A stretch of DNA of 60,256 bases, counting the filler. It is 5 parts of 5 records of this genome, joined end to end, with 100 filler letters (N's around TTAATTAATTAA, not from the genome) between each part and the next. Parts side by side here need not be neighbours in the genome. Positions count along the whole stretch, not along the records: positions 1 to 5,495 come from SRR31156797_19878; positions 5,596 to 13,635 come from SRR31156797_19888; 3 more parts are not named here. The stretch is one strand, 5' to 3'. The stretch's first letter is position 1. The number at the start of each line of letters is the position of its first letter. Shown here in pieces: positions 1-9,686 of this stretch. The notes under the pieces are model-generated. The model saw only the letters and a program-made list of their open reading frames with translations. It did not search any database and was not told where the DNA came from. Position numbers and translations under genes: made by a program.

Positions 1-260
1 CGCGACGATTGCCCCCCAAGCTCACGGGCCAGCGGCCACATGCTTCCGCGTGCCGACATCGCGGCCGGAACGAAACCCAGATTGTACGCAACGTCGATCA
101 GACGATCCCCGATCATCAAAACCTCCGACGGCTTCGGCGGTTCGGCTCCGGTTTTGACCGGGCCGGCCGATACCGATTGCGCACCGAGCATAAGCATCAA
201 TAGAGCAATCAACACCGAGCGGCCGGGCAGCAAAGCAAGCGTCACGAAAAAGTTGCGCAT
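1..260 (-). CDS. Periplasmic substrate-binding protein, probably iron-chelate/B12 ABC type (runs off window start)
   Basis: Not in the ORF track. AGGAGG RBS, then ATG at 260. Manual translation MRNFFVTLALLPGRSVLIALLMLMLGAQSVSAG... is signal-peptide-like, followed by EVLMIGDRLIDVAYNLGFVPAAM, resembling the N-terminus of class III binding proteins. Confidence 0.55.
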   Translation of the reverse strand, partial: MRNFFVTLALLPGRSVLIALLMLMLGAQSVSAGPVKTGAEPPKPSEVLMIGDRLIDVAYNLGFVPAAMSARGSMWPLARELGGQSS

Positions 261-327
261 GGGTTCATCTCCTCCTTCTACCTTCAACCCCGGCTAAGCC
301 GAGGCTCCGTTTGATGCGGTCCCGTTT

Positions 328-1158
328 TCAAGCCGCCGGCGCTTTTTCCGGAGGGTTCTTGAAACGCAAATGCACGATCCTGCTCGCCAAGCGCGGGCGG
401 ACGATCGGCAGCCGGGCAACGGCCCCGAACCACTTCCAACGCCCCTTGTAATGGTCGAAGTAGTTGCGCACCCCGACATGCTCGATACCGGAATGCCAGC
501 CCGTCAGATCCCGGCTGTCCTTCAGCGCCCATTTGAATTCCGCCGTGCCGTCCATGCTTTTGAGCGAGTCGTGCCGCTTGCTCTTTCCAACAAGGAATGG
601 GGCCAGCATCTCGAAAAGCATTTCGCCACCGGCAAACCGGTCGGCGATCGCCTTGAACAGGGATTTCAGTTCGTCCTCGGGAAAATACATGAACAGCCCT
701 TCGGCAATCAGCAGAACCGGCTTTCCGTCATCTTCGATCTCATCCATCCAAGAGAGGTCGAAGACGGATTTGGAAATAGATTTGCAACGGTCCGATTCTT
801 CGAAAAACCGCTGGCGCAACTCCAATGACTCGGGAACGTCCAAGTCGTACCAGGTTAAATCGCCGATCCGAATGCGAGACCGGCGTGTATCGAGGCCGGC
901 CCCAAGATTGACGACCGCGGCATCAGGTTTGCGGGCCTGAAATTCGTACACCGCGTCGTCGAACAGCTTCGTCCGCACGGCGACGCCGACCTGGGTTATC
1001 CAGGCTTTCTCGAATTTCGAAAAGTCGTAGTCGATCATGGAAACGATATCGGTCGCTTTCGCATCGGTGAATATCGGATCGGGTTTCGTGCTTTCCTCGG
1101 CCCGCGCCCAAAGTGGGATGAGCAGGGTTTCCGGGACACCGGAAAGGTCAATTTTCAT
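328..1158 (-). CDS. Class I SAM-dependent methyltransferase, LCM/TcmP-like family
   Basis: ETLLIPLWARA, VVNLGAGLDTR, WYDLDVPE and LLIAEGLFMY motifs. Confidence 0.85.
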   Translation of the reverse strand: MKIDLSGVPETLLIPLWARAEESTKPDPIFTDAKATDIVSMIDYDFSKFEKAWITQVGVAVRTKLFDDAVYEFQARKPDAAVVNLGAGLDTRRSRIRIGDLTWYDLDVPESLELRQRFFEESDRCKSISKSVFDLSWMDEIEDDGKPVLLIAEGLFMYFPEDELKSLFKAIADRFAGGEMLFEMLAPFLVGKSKRHDSLKSMDGTAEFKWALKDSRDLTGWHSGIEHVGVRNYFDHYKGRWKWFGAVARLPIVRPRLASRIVHLRFKNPPEKAPAA

Positions 1159-1218
1159 GGCTTCCTCGATTGTTCGGCCGGTCCTTGCATTCGATTCTTC
1201 AAAGACTGTCCTCCGACC

Positions 1219-1785
1219 TCACGGAGTTGCTCTCGCCCCCGAGTGCGATTTGTCCGACACCGAGGGTATCTGTCCAAACCCTTGGTCGGTCGACACCTGG
1301 CTTTCGGCAAACCGCCGTGTCGAGCGGACGACCGCATCACGGATCGGAATGCGCATGACCGGTCCCCCGGTTTCCAACGGCAGCGCCACGTCCAGAATCA
1401 ATTGCATGTGCCCGCCCATGGGGCCAGCGGCGTGATAGGCGGTTGCCCGCAGCGTCGCGACACGCCGCGGGCAGCCGACAATTCGTGCCGTTGCCACGAT
1501 TTCCGGAGCGCTGGGCGTGACCTGGATCCATCCAAGAGGGCCTTCGGCCGATGGCCGATCTCCTTGGAAAGAGACCGAGAGCCGGCGGCCGACCAATGGA
1601 TGACGTTCCCCGCACGAGGAATTTCCGACATCGTCATGATCGGCTGAAACCGGCCCGGAAAGCACGAACTCGGCGTTTCGGGCCGCCGGGTCGCGCCCGA
1701 TCATCTGGTTGGATATCGTAAATTCCGATACGTGCACGACAAAACGCGGCGGATCGAAATAGTCCTTCTGGCGGAGAACATTCAT
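1219..1785 (-). CDS. Hypothetical protein
   Basis: 188-aa ORF filling the gap between flavodoxin and methyltransferase on the same strand; no recognisable motif, weak RBS. Confidence 0.45.
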   Translation of the reverse strand: MNVLRQKDYFDPPRFVVHVSEFTISNQMIGRDPAARNAEFVLSGPVSADHDDVGNSSCGERHPLVGRRLSVSFQGDRPSAEGPLGWIQVTPSAPEIVATARIVGCPRRVATLRATAYHAAGPMGGHMQLILDVALPLETGGPVMRIPIRDAVVRSTRRFAESQVSTDQGFGQIPSVSDKSHSGARATP

Positions 1786-1831
1786 CTTCGTCTATATCCG
1801 GTTATTGCTGCCGAGAGGCCGGCTAAAAAAG

Positions 1832-2281
1832 TCAGGCCGCGGCCGCCACGCCCTTGGCCCATTCGCGGATTCCATCTTCCTCGTCGTAATGGGGGTCATC
1901 GATCTTCAAGGGTTCGACAACCATGTTGCCGCCACATGCTTTGACCCGTTCGACGATCATGTCGACGGCGCCGCAGAAGTGGGTGTAGATGCTGTCGCCG
2001 GTGCCGAACACAGCAATTTTCTTGCCTTTGATACCGGTCGCCTCCATGGCGTCGAGCACGGGTTCGAAGTCCTCCTGCACCTCGCAGGGATCATCGCCGT
2101 ATGTCGGGCTGCCGAAGACGATCAGGTCATACGGTGCGCATAAAGCATCCGGTGAGGACAGGTCGGCGCAATCGATCATTTTCGCCTCGTGCCCCTCCGC
2201 CTGCAGGGTTTCGGTGATCCATCCGGCGACATCCGTCGTGTTGCCGGTCAGCGATCCATATGCGACGAGTAGTTTCGACAT
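1832..2281 (-). CDS. fld: Short-chain flavodoxin
   Basis: YGSLTGNT FMN loop, GSPTYGD, AVFGTGD..YTHFCGAV; resembles Desulfovibrio-type flavodoxin; GAGG RBS. Confidence 0.92.
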   Translation of the reverse strand: MSKLLVAYGSLTGNTTDVAGWITETLQAEGHEAKMIDCADLSSPDALCAPYDLIVFGSPTYGDDPCEVQEDFEPVLDAMEATGIKGKKIAVFGTGDSIYTHFCGAVDMIVERVKACGGNMVVEPLKIDDPHYDEEDGIREWAKGVAAAA

Positions 2282-2363
2282 TTCCTCTGTTCCTTGGTTT
2301 TTCGGTTAACGACGTCGATGAGAAAGCGCATGCGGATCAGTTGCATCCCATACGCAAAAAAAA

Positions 2364-2636
2364 CTAGATGACATTTCCGGCTTTTCCGGGTTCGGGCGAT
2401 TTGTCGGAAAGGCCGGCGCCGGGGCGATCCTGGGCGACTATTTCCGCCGCTCCGCAGCATCCTTCCGCGCCGCATCCGGCGCAGGCGGTTTTCCCGGATG
2501 TGAATTTCCTCAGCAGATAGATCAGGGCAATCGCGACGACAAAGGCAATGAACGCCCATTCCCACCCGCCGATACTGTTTTCGGCGCCGAGATCGAATAC
2601 CGGCGCAGCTTCGCTGGCCGTGGTTTGCGGGCTCAT
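2364..2636 (-). CDS. FeoB-associated Cys-rich membrane protein
   Basis: One TM helix followed by CAGCGAEGCCG; overlaps the feoB stop codon. Confidence 0.8.
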   Translation of the reverse strand: MSPQTTASEAAPVFDLGAENSIGGWEWAFIAFVVAIALIYLLRKFTSGKTACAGCGAEGCCGAAEIVAQDRPGAGLSDKSPEPGKAGNVI

Positions 2637-5167
2637 TCTGCCGCCTCCTCCGTTGGCTGCCGGTATCTTGGCAAACGCAGAAACCGCCCATAGGGGCGCT
2701 TCAAGAGACCGACCAGAAGAAATAATCCGAGGGTCAGGAAATAGACCAAGGACATCATTTCGATGCCCGAAAACGCTAGCATATCGCCGATCACGTAGAC
2801 CAGACTGGCGACGGAAAGGCCGAGAAACGTTGGAAACACGATGGAGAACGCCATCCAGGCATAGGATGCCGTCTGCACGCGAACCATGATGGTGGTCGCC
2901 AGACAGGGCGGATAAAGGGCGAAGAACAACATCACGGCGACCGCCGTCAGGGCCGTATAGCCGGCGGCCTTACGCTCCGTCCCCATGCGTTCTTCAAGGG
3001 TTTTGTTCTCCCCTTCCGCCTGTTCGAACAGGACCCCGAGCGTGGCAACGCTGCTCTCGCGGGCGGCAAACGAACTGAGCAGGGCAACGTTGATCTTCCA
3101 ATCGAAATTGGCGAACTGCGTGACCGGCTCGAGCCCGCGCCCGATCTGACCGAGGAAACTGTTGAGAATCCGCTCGTCCTTCATTTCGCGGCGCAGGGTC
3201 TTGCGCGTCGTAGCGAGCTTTTTTAATGCCCGCGCCGCGTTGCGGGCATCTTTGTCCTTGCTGCGCTTGAGGAACGGAAAAAAGTTTTCATGCTTTTGCT
3301 TGAAGGATTCGTCGACGGCCTTGGAAGCTTCCTTGCCTTGAGCATTCAATTTCGCCGCCCTATAGGCGGTATAGGCGTTGACCAGGTCGACCAATTTACC
3401 CTGGTCGGAAACGGTGGCCGTCAACGGATTCTCTTTCATGTCCCTGTAGAACTGGGCAACGGCCGCCTCGGCCCGGCCCTGATAGTGGGCCTGCCGTTCC
3501 GGCGTCACGCCGGGAAACTGAAGCAGCATGTAAACAACGGCGGCAACCGCCACCACAACGGTGCCCACCTTCTTTATGTAAAGCCAGGTCCGGTCGACCG
3601 AACGGCGCAGAACCCCCATGATCGTCGGCATGTGGTAGTGCGGCAATTCCATGACGAAGGGCGCTGTCGCCATGTTCTTCAGGACCGAGACCGACAGCAA
3701 CTTGGCGACCAGCAAGGCCACCATGACGGTTATGGTCGACAGGTAGAAAAGCACCAGCCCCTTGGTTTCGACGAAATAGATGTTGATCAGCAGGGTATAG
3801 AGCGGAACCTTCGCCAGGCAGTTCATGAAGGGTACGGTCAAGATCGTTGCCAGGCGTGCGCGCTGATCCGGGATTCCCTTGGTCGCCATGACGCCGGGAA
3901 CCGCGCAGCCGCCGGCAAAGACGCCACCCAGAATGAATGGCAGGGTCGATTGCCCGTGAAGCCCGAAGCGATGCAGGACGCGGTCCAGGATAAAGGCGAT
4001 TCTGGCCATGTAGCCGGTGTCTTCCAGAATCGCGATCAGGGCGAAAAGAATTAAAAAGATGGGAACATAATTGAGCAGGGTATTGGCCGAATCCACCATC
4101 CAAAGACCCATGGCACGGGTTTGCGGATCGTGCAGGAACCCTGCTGCCGGCAGCCAATCCGCAACAAGATTGCGCAATCCGGCCAGCATCGGCCAAGTCA
4201 CCTTGGTCAGTTCGTATCCCTGGACGATCGACAGTTCGTAGATCAGCCAGACGGTCAAAACCAGAAACAGCGGCGCCAGCCAGCGGTTGAGCAGGAAACG
4301 GTCGACGCGCTCGGACAGCGGCACCGAATCGCGTTTGCGATCGGTCACGCAGGTCGAAACGATGTCGCCCGCCAAATGGTCGCGGCAGGCAACGATATGG
4401 TCGCCGGTTGAAACCTTGGCCTCGGCTTCAAAAGATTCCCGGGCTTTATGCGCCAGATCCAATAAACCATGGACGTTGTTCATCCGGTCGGTCAGCAGCT
4501 GCTCGGCTTCCCCGTCGCCTTCCAGCAGTTTAACCGCCAGCCACCGTGCCGTGATCTTCTCGGCGACGGACTGAAGTTCGCCCAGCCGGGATTGAAGGCG
4601 AACTACGGCGCCTTCGAGCATCTCGTAATTCAACGACGCGGAAACGGATTGGCCCTCCATCCCAACTCGGCGAATGGCTTCGCGCAATTCCTTGCGACCT
4701 TTGCCGGAACGCCCGATCAATGCCACGACCGGGACACAAAGCCGGCTTTCGAGGGCCTTCAGGTCGATTTCCAGGCCGCGACGATTGGCCACGTCCATCA
4801 TGTTCAGGGCGACGACGACGGGGTATCCCATTTCCAGGAGCTGGAAGGTCAGACAAAGGCTGCGACGTAGATTTGAGGCGTCAAGCACATTGACGACGAC
4901 GTCGGGCCGTTGCTCGATCAGGAACTGGCGCGCCACACGTTCCTCGAGCGAAAACGCTGTCAAGCTGTAGGTGCCCGGAAGGTCGACTAGTTCGACATGA
5001 ACGCCGTCGTCGTTGTAGCCGCCGCTTTTTTTATCGACGGTAACACCGGGATAATTTGCAATGTGCTGTCTGACGCCAGTCAGGGCATTGAAAATCGTCG
5101 ACTTGCCGGAATTTTGCTGGCCGGCCAAGGCGACCAACAAGCGTTTCTTCGAAGCGGCATCAAACAT
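2633..5167 (-). CDS. feoB: Ferrous iron transporter B
   Basis: GQQNSGKS (G1), NYPGVTVD (G2), DLPGTYSL (G3), NMMD (G4), gate domains LEDTGYMARIAF, GCAVP and PPCLAT. Confidence 0.95.
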   Translation of the reverse strand: MFDAASKKRLLVALAGQQNSGKSTIFNALTGVRQHIANYPGVTVDKKSGGYNDDGVHVELVDLPGTYSLTAFSLEERVARQFLIEQRPDVVVNVLDASNLRRSLCLTFQLLEMGYPVVVALNMMDVANRRGLEIDLKALESRLCVPVVALIGRSGKGRKELREAIRRVGMEGQSVSASLNYEMLEGAVVRLQSRLGELQSVAEKITARWLAVKLLEGDGEAEQLLTDRMNNVHGLLDLAHKARESFEAEAKVSTGDHIVACRDHLAGDIVSTCVTDRKRDSVPLSERVDRFLLNRWLAPLFLVLTVWLIYELSIVQGYELTKVTWPMLAGLRNLVADWLPAAGFLHDPQTRAMGLWMVDSANTLLNYVPIFLILFALIAILEDTGYMARIAFILDRVLHRFGLHGQSTLPFILGGVFAGGCAVPGVMATKGIPDQRARLATILTVPFMNCLAKVPLYTLLINIYFVETKGLVLFYLSTITVMVALLVAKLLSVSVLKNMATAPFVMELPHYHMPTIMGVLRRSVDRTWLYIKKVGTVVVAVAAVVYMLLQFPGVTPERQAHYQGRAEAAVAQFYRDMKENPLTATVSDQGKLVDLVNAYTAYRAAKLNAQGKEASKAVDESFKQKHENFFPFLKRSKDKDARNAARALKKLATTRKTLRREMKDERILNSFLGQIGRGLEPVTQFANFDWKINVALLSSFAARESSVATLGVLFEQAEGENKTLEERMGTERKAAGYTALTAVAVMLFFALYPPCLATTIMVRVQTASYAWMAFSIVFPTFLGLSVASLVYVIGDMLAFSGIEMMSLVYFLTLGLFLLVGLLKRPYGRFLRLPRYRQPTEEAAE

Positions 5168-5447
5168 CAGTCACCTCGATCCCGACGGCTTCGGCACGAC
5201 GCACCGTGACGAAGGAATCGCCGATGCGGATCTCAATCGGGTCCAGCAGTGGGGCGCTGCGCATGACGGTGACCTCGGTCCCGGGCACGAATCCCATATC
5301 GAGCAACCTTTGACGAACCGCCCCACGGCCGCGCAGACATTTGATGCGACAGGCCGTGCCGGGTTTGAGATCATTGAGACTGAGCGCTTCCGGAACCGCC
5401 CCTTCGCGCGATCCGGCGCGCCGCCGGCGCCGGCGACGATGCTGCAT
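5160..5447 (-). CDS. feoA: Ferrous iron transport protein A
   Basis: RQRLLDMGFVPGTEVTVMRSAPLLDPIEIRI..VRRAEA SH3-like FeoA motif. Start placed at ATG 5447 after GAGGA; the ORF track starts at 5477. Confidence 0.9.
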   Translation of the reverse strand: MQHRRRRRRRAGSREGAVPEALSLNDLKPGTACRIKCLRGRGAVRQRLLDMGFVPGTEVTVMRSAPLLDPIEIRIGDSFVTVRRAEAVGIEVTDV

Positions 5448-5495
5448 ACCTATTGTTCCTCGTGTTTCGCCAAACATCTTGAAGTTTTCCGCATC

Positions 5496-5595
5496 NNNNN
5501 NNNNNNNNNNNNNNNNNNNNNNNNNNNNNNNNNNNNNNNTTAATTAATTAANNNNNNNNNNNNNNNNNNNNNNNNNNNNNNNNNNNNNNNNNNNN
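5496..5595. other. Artificial contig linker
   Basis: N44-TTAATTAATTAA-N44 (stops in all six frames); base composition changes sharply across it. Confidence 0.97.
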
Positions 5596-6162
5596 TTGAC
5601 CTTCCCAAAGATCAGCACTTGGTTTTTTTGTTAAAATAGAGTTTGGGACTCCTAAATATTCACCAAAAGCAAACTCATCACTTTTATACATATTTCCTAG
5701 AGGGTTAATCGCACAAGCAGTATCACCATAGTGAGTCCCATACCCTAAAAGTATCTCAGAACGATTTGATGTTCCAACTACAATTGCATTATATTTTGCT
5801 GAAATGTCGTATAACACTGACATTCTCATTCTTGCACTAAAATTTCCTTTTCGAAGAGCACTTGCATCTTTTTCATTATGATCAAAGTATCCCTCTACCA
5901 TTGGTGCGATAGAGATTGTTTCATACTTTATAGAAAATTTTTCACAAAGCTCTTTTGCATCTTCTAGACTACTGTTACTTGAATATTGGGAAGGAAGTAA
6001 TACTCCATGTACTTTATCTCCAAAAGCCTCTTTACAAAGAATAGCAACTATAGCAGAATCAAGTCCCCCACTAATACCTATCACAACATCTTTTACCCCA
6101 ATCTTCTCAGCCTCATCTTTTAAGAATGTAACCATTTGATCTTTTATATTTTGATGATTCAT
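5596..6162 (-). CDS. nadE: NH3-dependent NAD+ synthetase (3' truncated by contig end)
   Basis: GISGGLDSA, GNFSARMRM, GTSNRSE..GYGTHYGD, KKPSADLWEGQ. Confidence 0.93.
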
Positions 6163-6333
6163 ACTCTCCCTTTTCAGTGAAGTTTTACATTAAGTTTTGA
6201 TTATAACAAATTTAAAATTAATAAATAACTTTTCTTACCACTTTGTAAATAGTGTAATTGGTAATAAAATATGACTTTTGTTTAAGAATAGAGGTGTAAA
6301 ATTATATTATAAATTATTCCTATAAGGGTTACA

Positions 6334-8169
6334 ATGGAAACTCAATCTTTATTGCAAAGAATCGCAACTCCTTTAGCTGTTCTTTTCATATGTTCAAGCT
6401 TAATACTTTTAGGGCTTTATCCTGATTTAAGTAGTATTTTAGGAGGAATTGCCCTCTTTTTAATTGGTATGGAATATATGGAGAGTGGATTTAAAGGCTT
6501 TTCTGGTGGTTTTTTAGAAAAAATATTACAAAAATTCACAAATAACACCCCTAAAGCTATTGCTACGGGTTTTTTTGCAACAGCTGTGGTACAAAGCTCT
6601 AGCCTTGTCTCAATTATTGTTATCTCGTTTTTAAGTGCAGGTCTTATCTCTTTAGCTTCAGCTATTGGAGTGATCTTTGGATCAAATATAGGGACCACTG
6701 CTACGGCTTGGCTTGTCTCATTGTTTGGTCTTAAAATCAAGATATCAGCCTATGCAATGCCAATGATTGTAATGGGTATTGCTATTCCACTTATATTAAA
6801 AAAGAGTAGCTGGAAAGGGATCGCTGCAATTTTTATTGGTCTTGGGATCATCTTTCTTGGAATCAACTATATGAAAGAGGGATTTGAGACTTTAAAAGAT
6901 GGGATTGATCTAGCAAGCTATGCTATGGATGGCTATCTTGGAATCTTTGTCTATGTTTTAGTGGGAGCAATTGCAACTATTGTGATCCAATCAAGTAGTG
7001 CAACTATGGCTCTTATTATCACAGCTCTTGCCACTGGACAAATCGAATATGCCAATGCATTAGCCCTTGCAATTGGAGCAAATCTAGGGACTACAGTAAC
7101 TGCAGTTTTAGGAGCCTTAAAATCAAATGAAAATGGAAAAAGATTAGCTTTAGCCCATTTTATTTTTAATATGATCACTGGACTTATCGCTATAGCTTTT
7201 ATCTATCAGCTTACAGACCTTGTAGATATTCTTGCCTCGATCGTTGGAATCACTAATGATAATATTGCTATGAAACTAGCTCTATTTCACACTATTTTTA
7301 ATATTATTGGGGTTTTAGTTTGCTCCCCTTTTATTACACAACTAGTAAGATTTTTAGAAAAACAGTTTATAGAGAGTAAAAAAGAAGCTGGAAAAGCTAA
7401 ATATTTGGATGAAAATGCTATTGCTATCCCTGATCTTGCGATATCTTTAATCAAACAAGAGGTTCTGCATCTTTTTAAAAATGGGTTTAAAATCATCGCC
7501 CATGGAATCAATGTAAAAAAAGAGAATCTTAAAACTAATATGGATAGTTCAGAGATCATCTCTAAGCCTTATTCAAGTGAATATATTGATATGGAAACTT
7601 TTTATGACCTTAAGGTAAAAAATCTTTATGGTCAAATTGTCGAGTTTGCAACAAAAGCCCAGCTGAATATGAATCATGATGAGATAGAACAGATATATAA
7701 ATTAAAACTTGCTTGTAGAGATATTGTTGAAGCATTAAAAGATACAAAACACCTCCAAAGCAATCTTGTAAAATACTCAAAAAGTGAAAACATAGAGATA
7801 AGAACTCAATATATCAATTTGAAAAAAGATCTTGTGGAACTTTTAAGATCTATCTTACAAATATCAAAACTTGAAGAGTCAGATGAGATCATCTTACTTT
7901 TATCAAAAACAAAAGTACAAATGGAAAAGTATGATCAAATAGCCAATGAAAAGCTTGATAACTTGATACGACAAGGAAATATCTCTTTAACGATGGCCAC
8001 TTCATTGATGAATGATAGTGGATATGTATATGATATCAGTAAAAACCTCATCGAGATGGCAGAAATTATCTTTGTAGATAAAAGTATCGTAAATGATATC
8101 TTAATAGATACCAACGATATTGATGAGATGTTAAATAAAAAGAACACAGGAGAAAAAGATGGGGATTAA
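6334..8169 (+). CDS. Na/Pi cotransporter family protein with PhoU-like helical C-terminus
   Basis: Two QSSS repeats (VVQSSS, VIQSSSAT) with GSNIGTT and GANLGTT; multiple TM segments. Confidence 0.9.
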   Translation: METQSLLQRIATPLAVLFICSSLILLGLYPDLSSILGGIALFLIGMEYMESGFKGFSGGFLEKILQKFTNNTPKAIATGFFATAVVQSSSLVSIIVISFLSAGLISLASAIGVIFGSNIGTTATAWLVSLFGLKIKISAYAMPMIVMGIAIPLILKKSSWKGIAAIFIGLGIIFLGINYMKEGFETLKDGIDLASYAMDGYLGIFVYVLVGAIATIVIQSSSATMALIITALATGQIEYANALALAIGANLGTTVTAVLGALKSNENGKRLALAHFIFNMITGLIAIAFIYQLTDLVDILASIVGITNDNIAMKLALFHTIFNIIGVLVCSPFITQLVRFLEKQFIESKKEAGKAKYLDENAIAIPDLAISLIKQEVLHLFKNGFKIIAHGINVKKENLKTNMDSSEIISKPYSSEYIDMETFYDLKVKNLYGQIVEFATKAQLNMNHDEIEQIYKLKLACRDIVEALKDTKHLQSNLVKYSKSENIEIRTQYINLKKDLVELLRSILQISKLEESDEIILLLSKTKVQMEKYDQIANEKLDNLIRQGNISLTMATSLMNDSGYVYDISKNLIEMAEIIFVDKSIVNDILIDTNDIDEMLNKKNTGEKDGD

Positions 8170-8404
8170 AAGTTTTATAGCAGACTTAAAAGATAGTTTT
8201 GGACTAAAGATCGATAAAAAACTAGGAAAGAAAAAAGCTCTCAAAGAGCTTTTGAAAAAGCTTCAACTAAAAGAGGAAAAGCTCACAAAAAAAATAGGAA
8301 AGAAAAAACATAAACAGGAAATTAAGGAGATAACCCAAGAGCTTGAAATCGTACAAATGCAAATAAAAAAATGTGACAAAATATTAAAAAAGCTTGATCA
8401 ATAA
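8159..8404 (+). CDS. Small Lys-rich coiled-coil hypothetical protein
   Basis: 81 aa, GGAG RBS, overlaps the cotransporter stop codon. Confidence 0.65.
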   Translation: MGIKSFIADLKDSFGLKIDKKLGKKKALKELLKKLQLKEEKLTKKIGKKKHKQEIKEITQELEIVQMQIKKCDKILKKLDQ

Positions 8405-8481
8405 ACTTTTTTTTTGTCTTTTTTCTATATAATATCTCTTAATTTAGTAATACGGTAATCATATAATTCAAAAGGAAAAAA

Positions 8482-9549
8482 ATGGATAACAACCTTATCA
8501 TAAAACTTTTTAGATTCAACCCTAAAACAGACTATCTTCCATACTACAAACAACACTCTTTGGTATATACTTCAGAAGATACGATCACAGATCTTTTAAA
8601 AAAACTCAATAGCTTAGAGAGATTTAGTTTTGAAGGAACAGAAGAATTTGGAGTAAAGGTAAATAACCTTTTTGTCTCAACTGAAACTCCAATCAAACAG
8701 ATTGTTGATAAAACATCAAATGAATTAACGATTGAACCTGTAAGTACATATAGGGCGATTCATGATCTTAGTATCAACAATAGTGACTTTTTAGAAAAAC
8801 TTGCACTCTTTGAAAACTACTTAACAGCGGAGCAAAAAGAAACATATACAAAAGAACTACAGCTTTATTATTATGCTTCTAATAGTTTGAATTTTCACAA
8901 AGATTATATTGGAGATCATTCAATTATTGTTGCAAGTGATATTCTTAAAAATACTCCTGAACTTCAAAAGGAGATCTATACAATTGTTTCAAACAAAGAT
9001 AATGGTATCTGGTATCACACTTCTTTGATGAATAGAATTCACAACATTGATGAAGCTAAACATGAAAAAATAGAACAACTTCTTTTAGATATTACAAAAC
9101 AACACCAAAATACAAGTGGGACACTTTTAGAAGATATTACAGATATTACTCAAGAGTTTAGTGATTTTAATATTGCAGTATATGATAAAAAATGTACAGG
9201 AGCTTTAAAAAAGATTGTGCAAAATAGTAAAGCAAATTTTGTAAATACAGCAACACAAAATGAAGATTTAGCTTTTCATTCTCTTCAAGCAGATGCAAAA
9301 TTCACTTATAAACTAGCGGGTCAAGTTCTTTTAGATGCCCTTGATAATAATGCAGACTTTATCCTTATAAATGATGAAGAAACATTTACTCTTTTAGACC
9401 AAAAACAAAAAGATATAGCTTGTACCATTGGAAGAGATATAGATTTACCAATCGTTACAGCTGAACAGTTCAGTGCCATGCTAAATGGTGAAAAAGATCA
9501 GGTAAAACTTGGTTTTAATAAACATAAAGTTTCTATTCCTTTCCTTTAA
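8482..9549 (+). CDS. Degenerate SdhB-N / CCG(SdhE)-C fusion protein (DUF5644-like)
   Basis: N-terminus KLFRFNPKTDYLPYY matches SdhB KVFRFNKDINYLPYY. C-terminus LDALDNNADF...IGRDIDLPIV matches SdhE LDAIDQNADM...MGRDIDIPVL. Only 2 Cys, no Fe-S motifs. Confidence 0.75.
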   Translation: MDNNLIIKLFRFNPKTDYLPYYKQHSLVYTSEDTITDLLKKLNSLERFSFEGTEEFGVKVNNLFVSTETPIKQIVDKTSNELTIEPVSTYRAIHDLSINNSDFLEKLALFENYLTAEQKETYTKELQLYYYASNSLNFHKDYIGDHSIIVASDILKNTPELQKEIYTIVSNKDNGIWYHTSLMNRIHNIDEAKHEKIEQLLLDITKQHQNTSGTLLEDITDITQEFSDFNIAVYDKKCTGALKKIVQNSKANFVNTATQNEDLAFHSLQADAKFTYKLAGQVLLDALDNNADFILINDEETFTLLDQKQKDIACTIGRDIDLPIVTAEQFSAMLNGEKDQVKLGFNKHKVSIPFL

Positions 9550-9560
9550 TTTTCTAATCC

Positions 9561-9611
9561 TCCTACTGATTCGTTTAGTAACAACCTTTTATAATCTTTG
9601 AATCAGTAGGA
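9561..9611. repeat. 12-bp perfect inverted repeat in the sdhA leader
   Basis: TCCTACTGATTC (9561-9572) and GAATCAGTAGGA (9600-9611). Confidence 0.7.
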
Positions 9612-9686
9612 ATCATTTAATTTTCTTATATATAAAACTTATGTAGAATAGATAAATTTTTATCTATCTTTACAAAAGGAAAGTAT

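Noticed and set aside
2315-2350. Possible Fur-like box upstream of flavodoxin (TGCAACTGATCCGCA on the minus strand)
   Set aside because: Too degenerate, and no second copy found to support it.
5540-5551. Recurring TTAATTAATTAA palindrome as a biological repeat
   Set aside because: Always centred in N-runs of fixed length; it is an assembly spacer.
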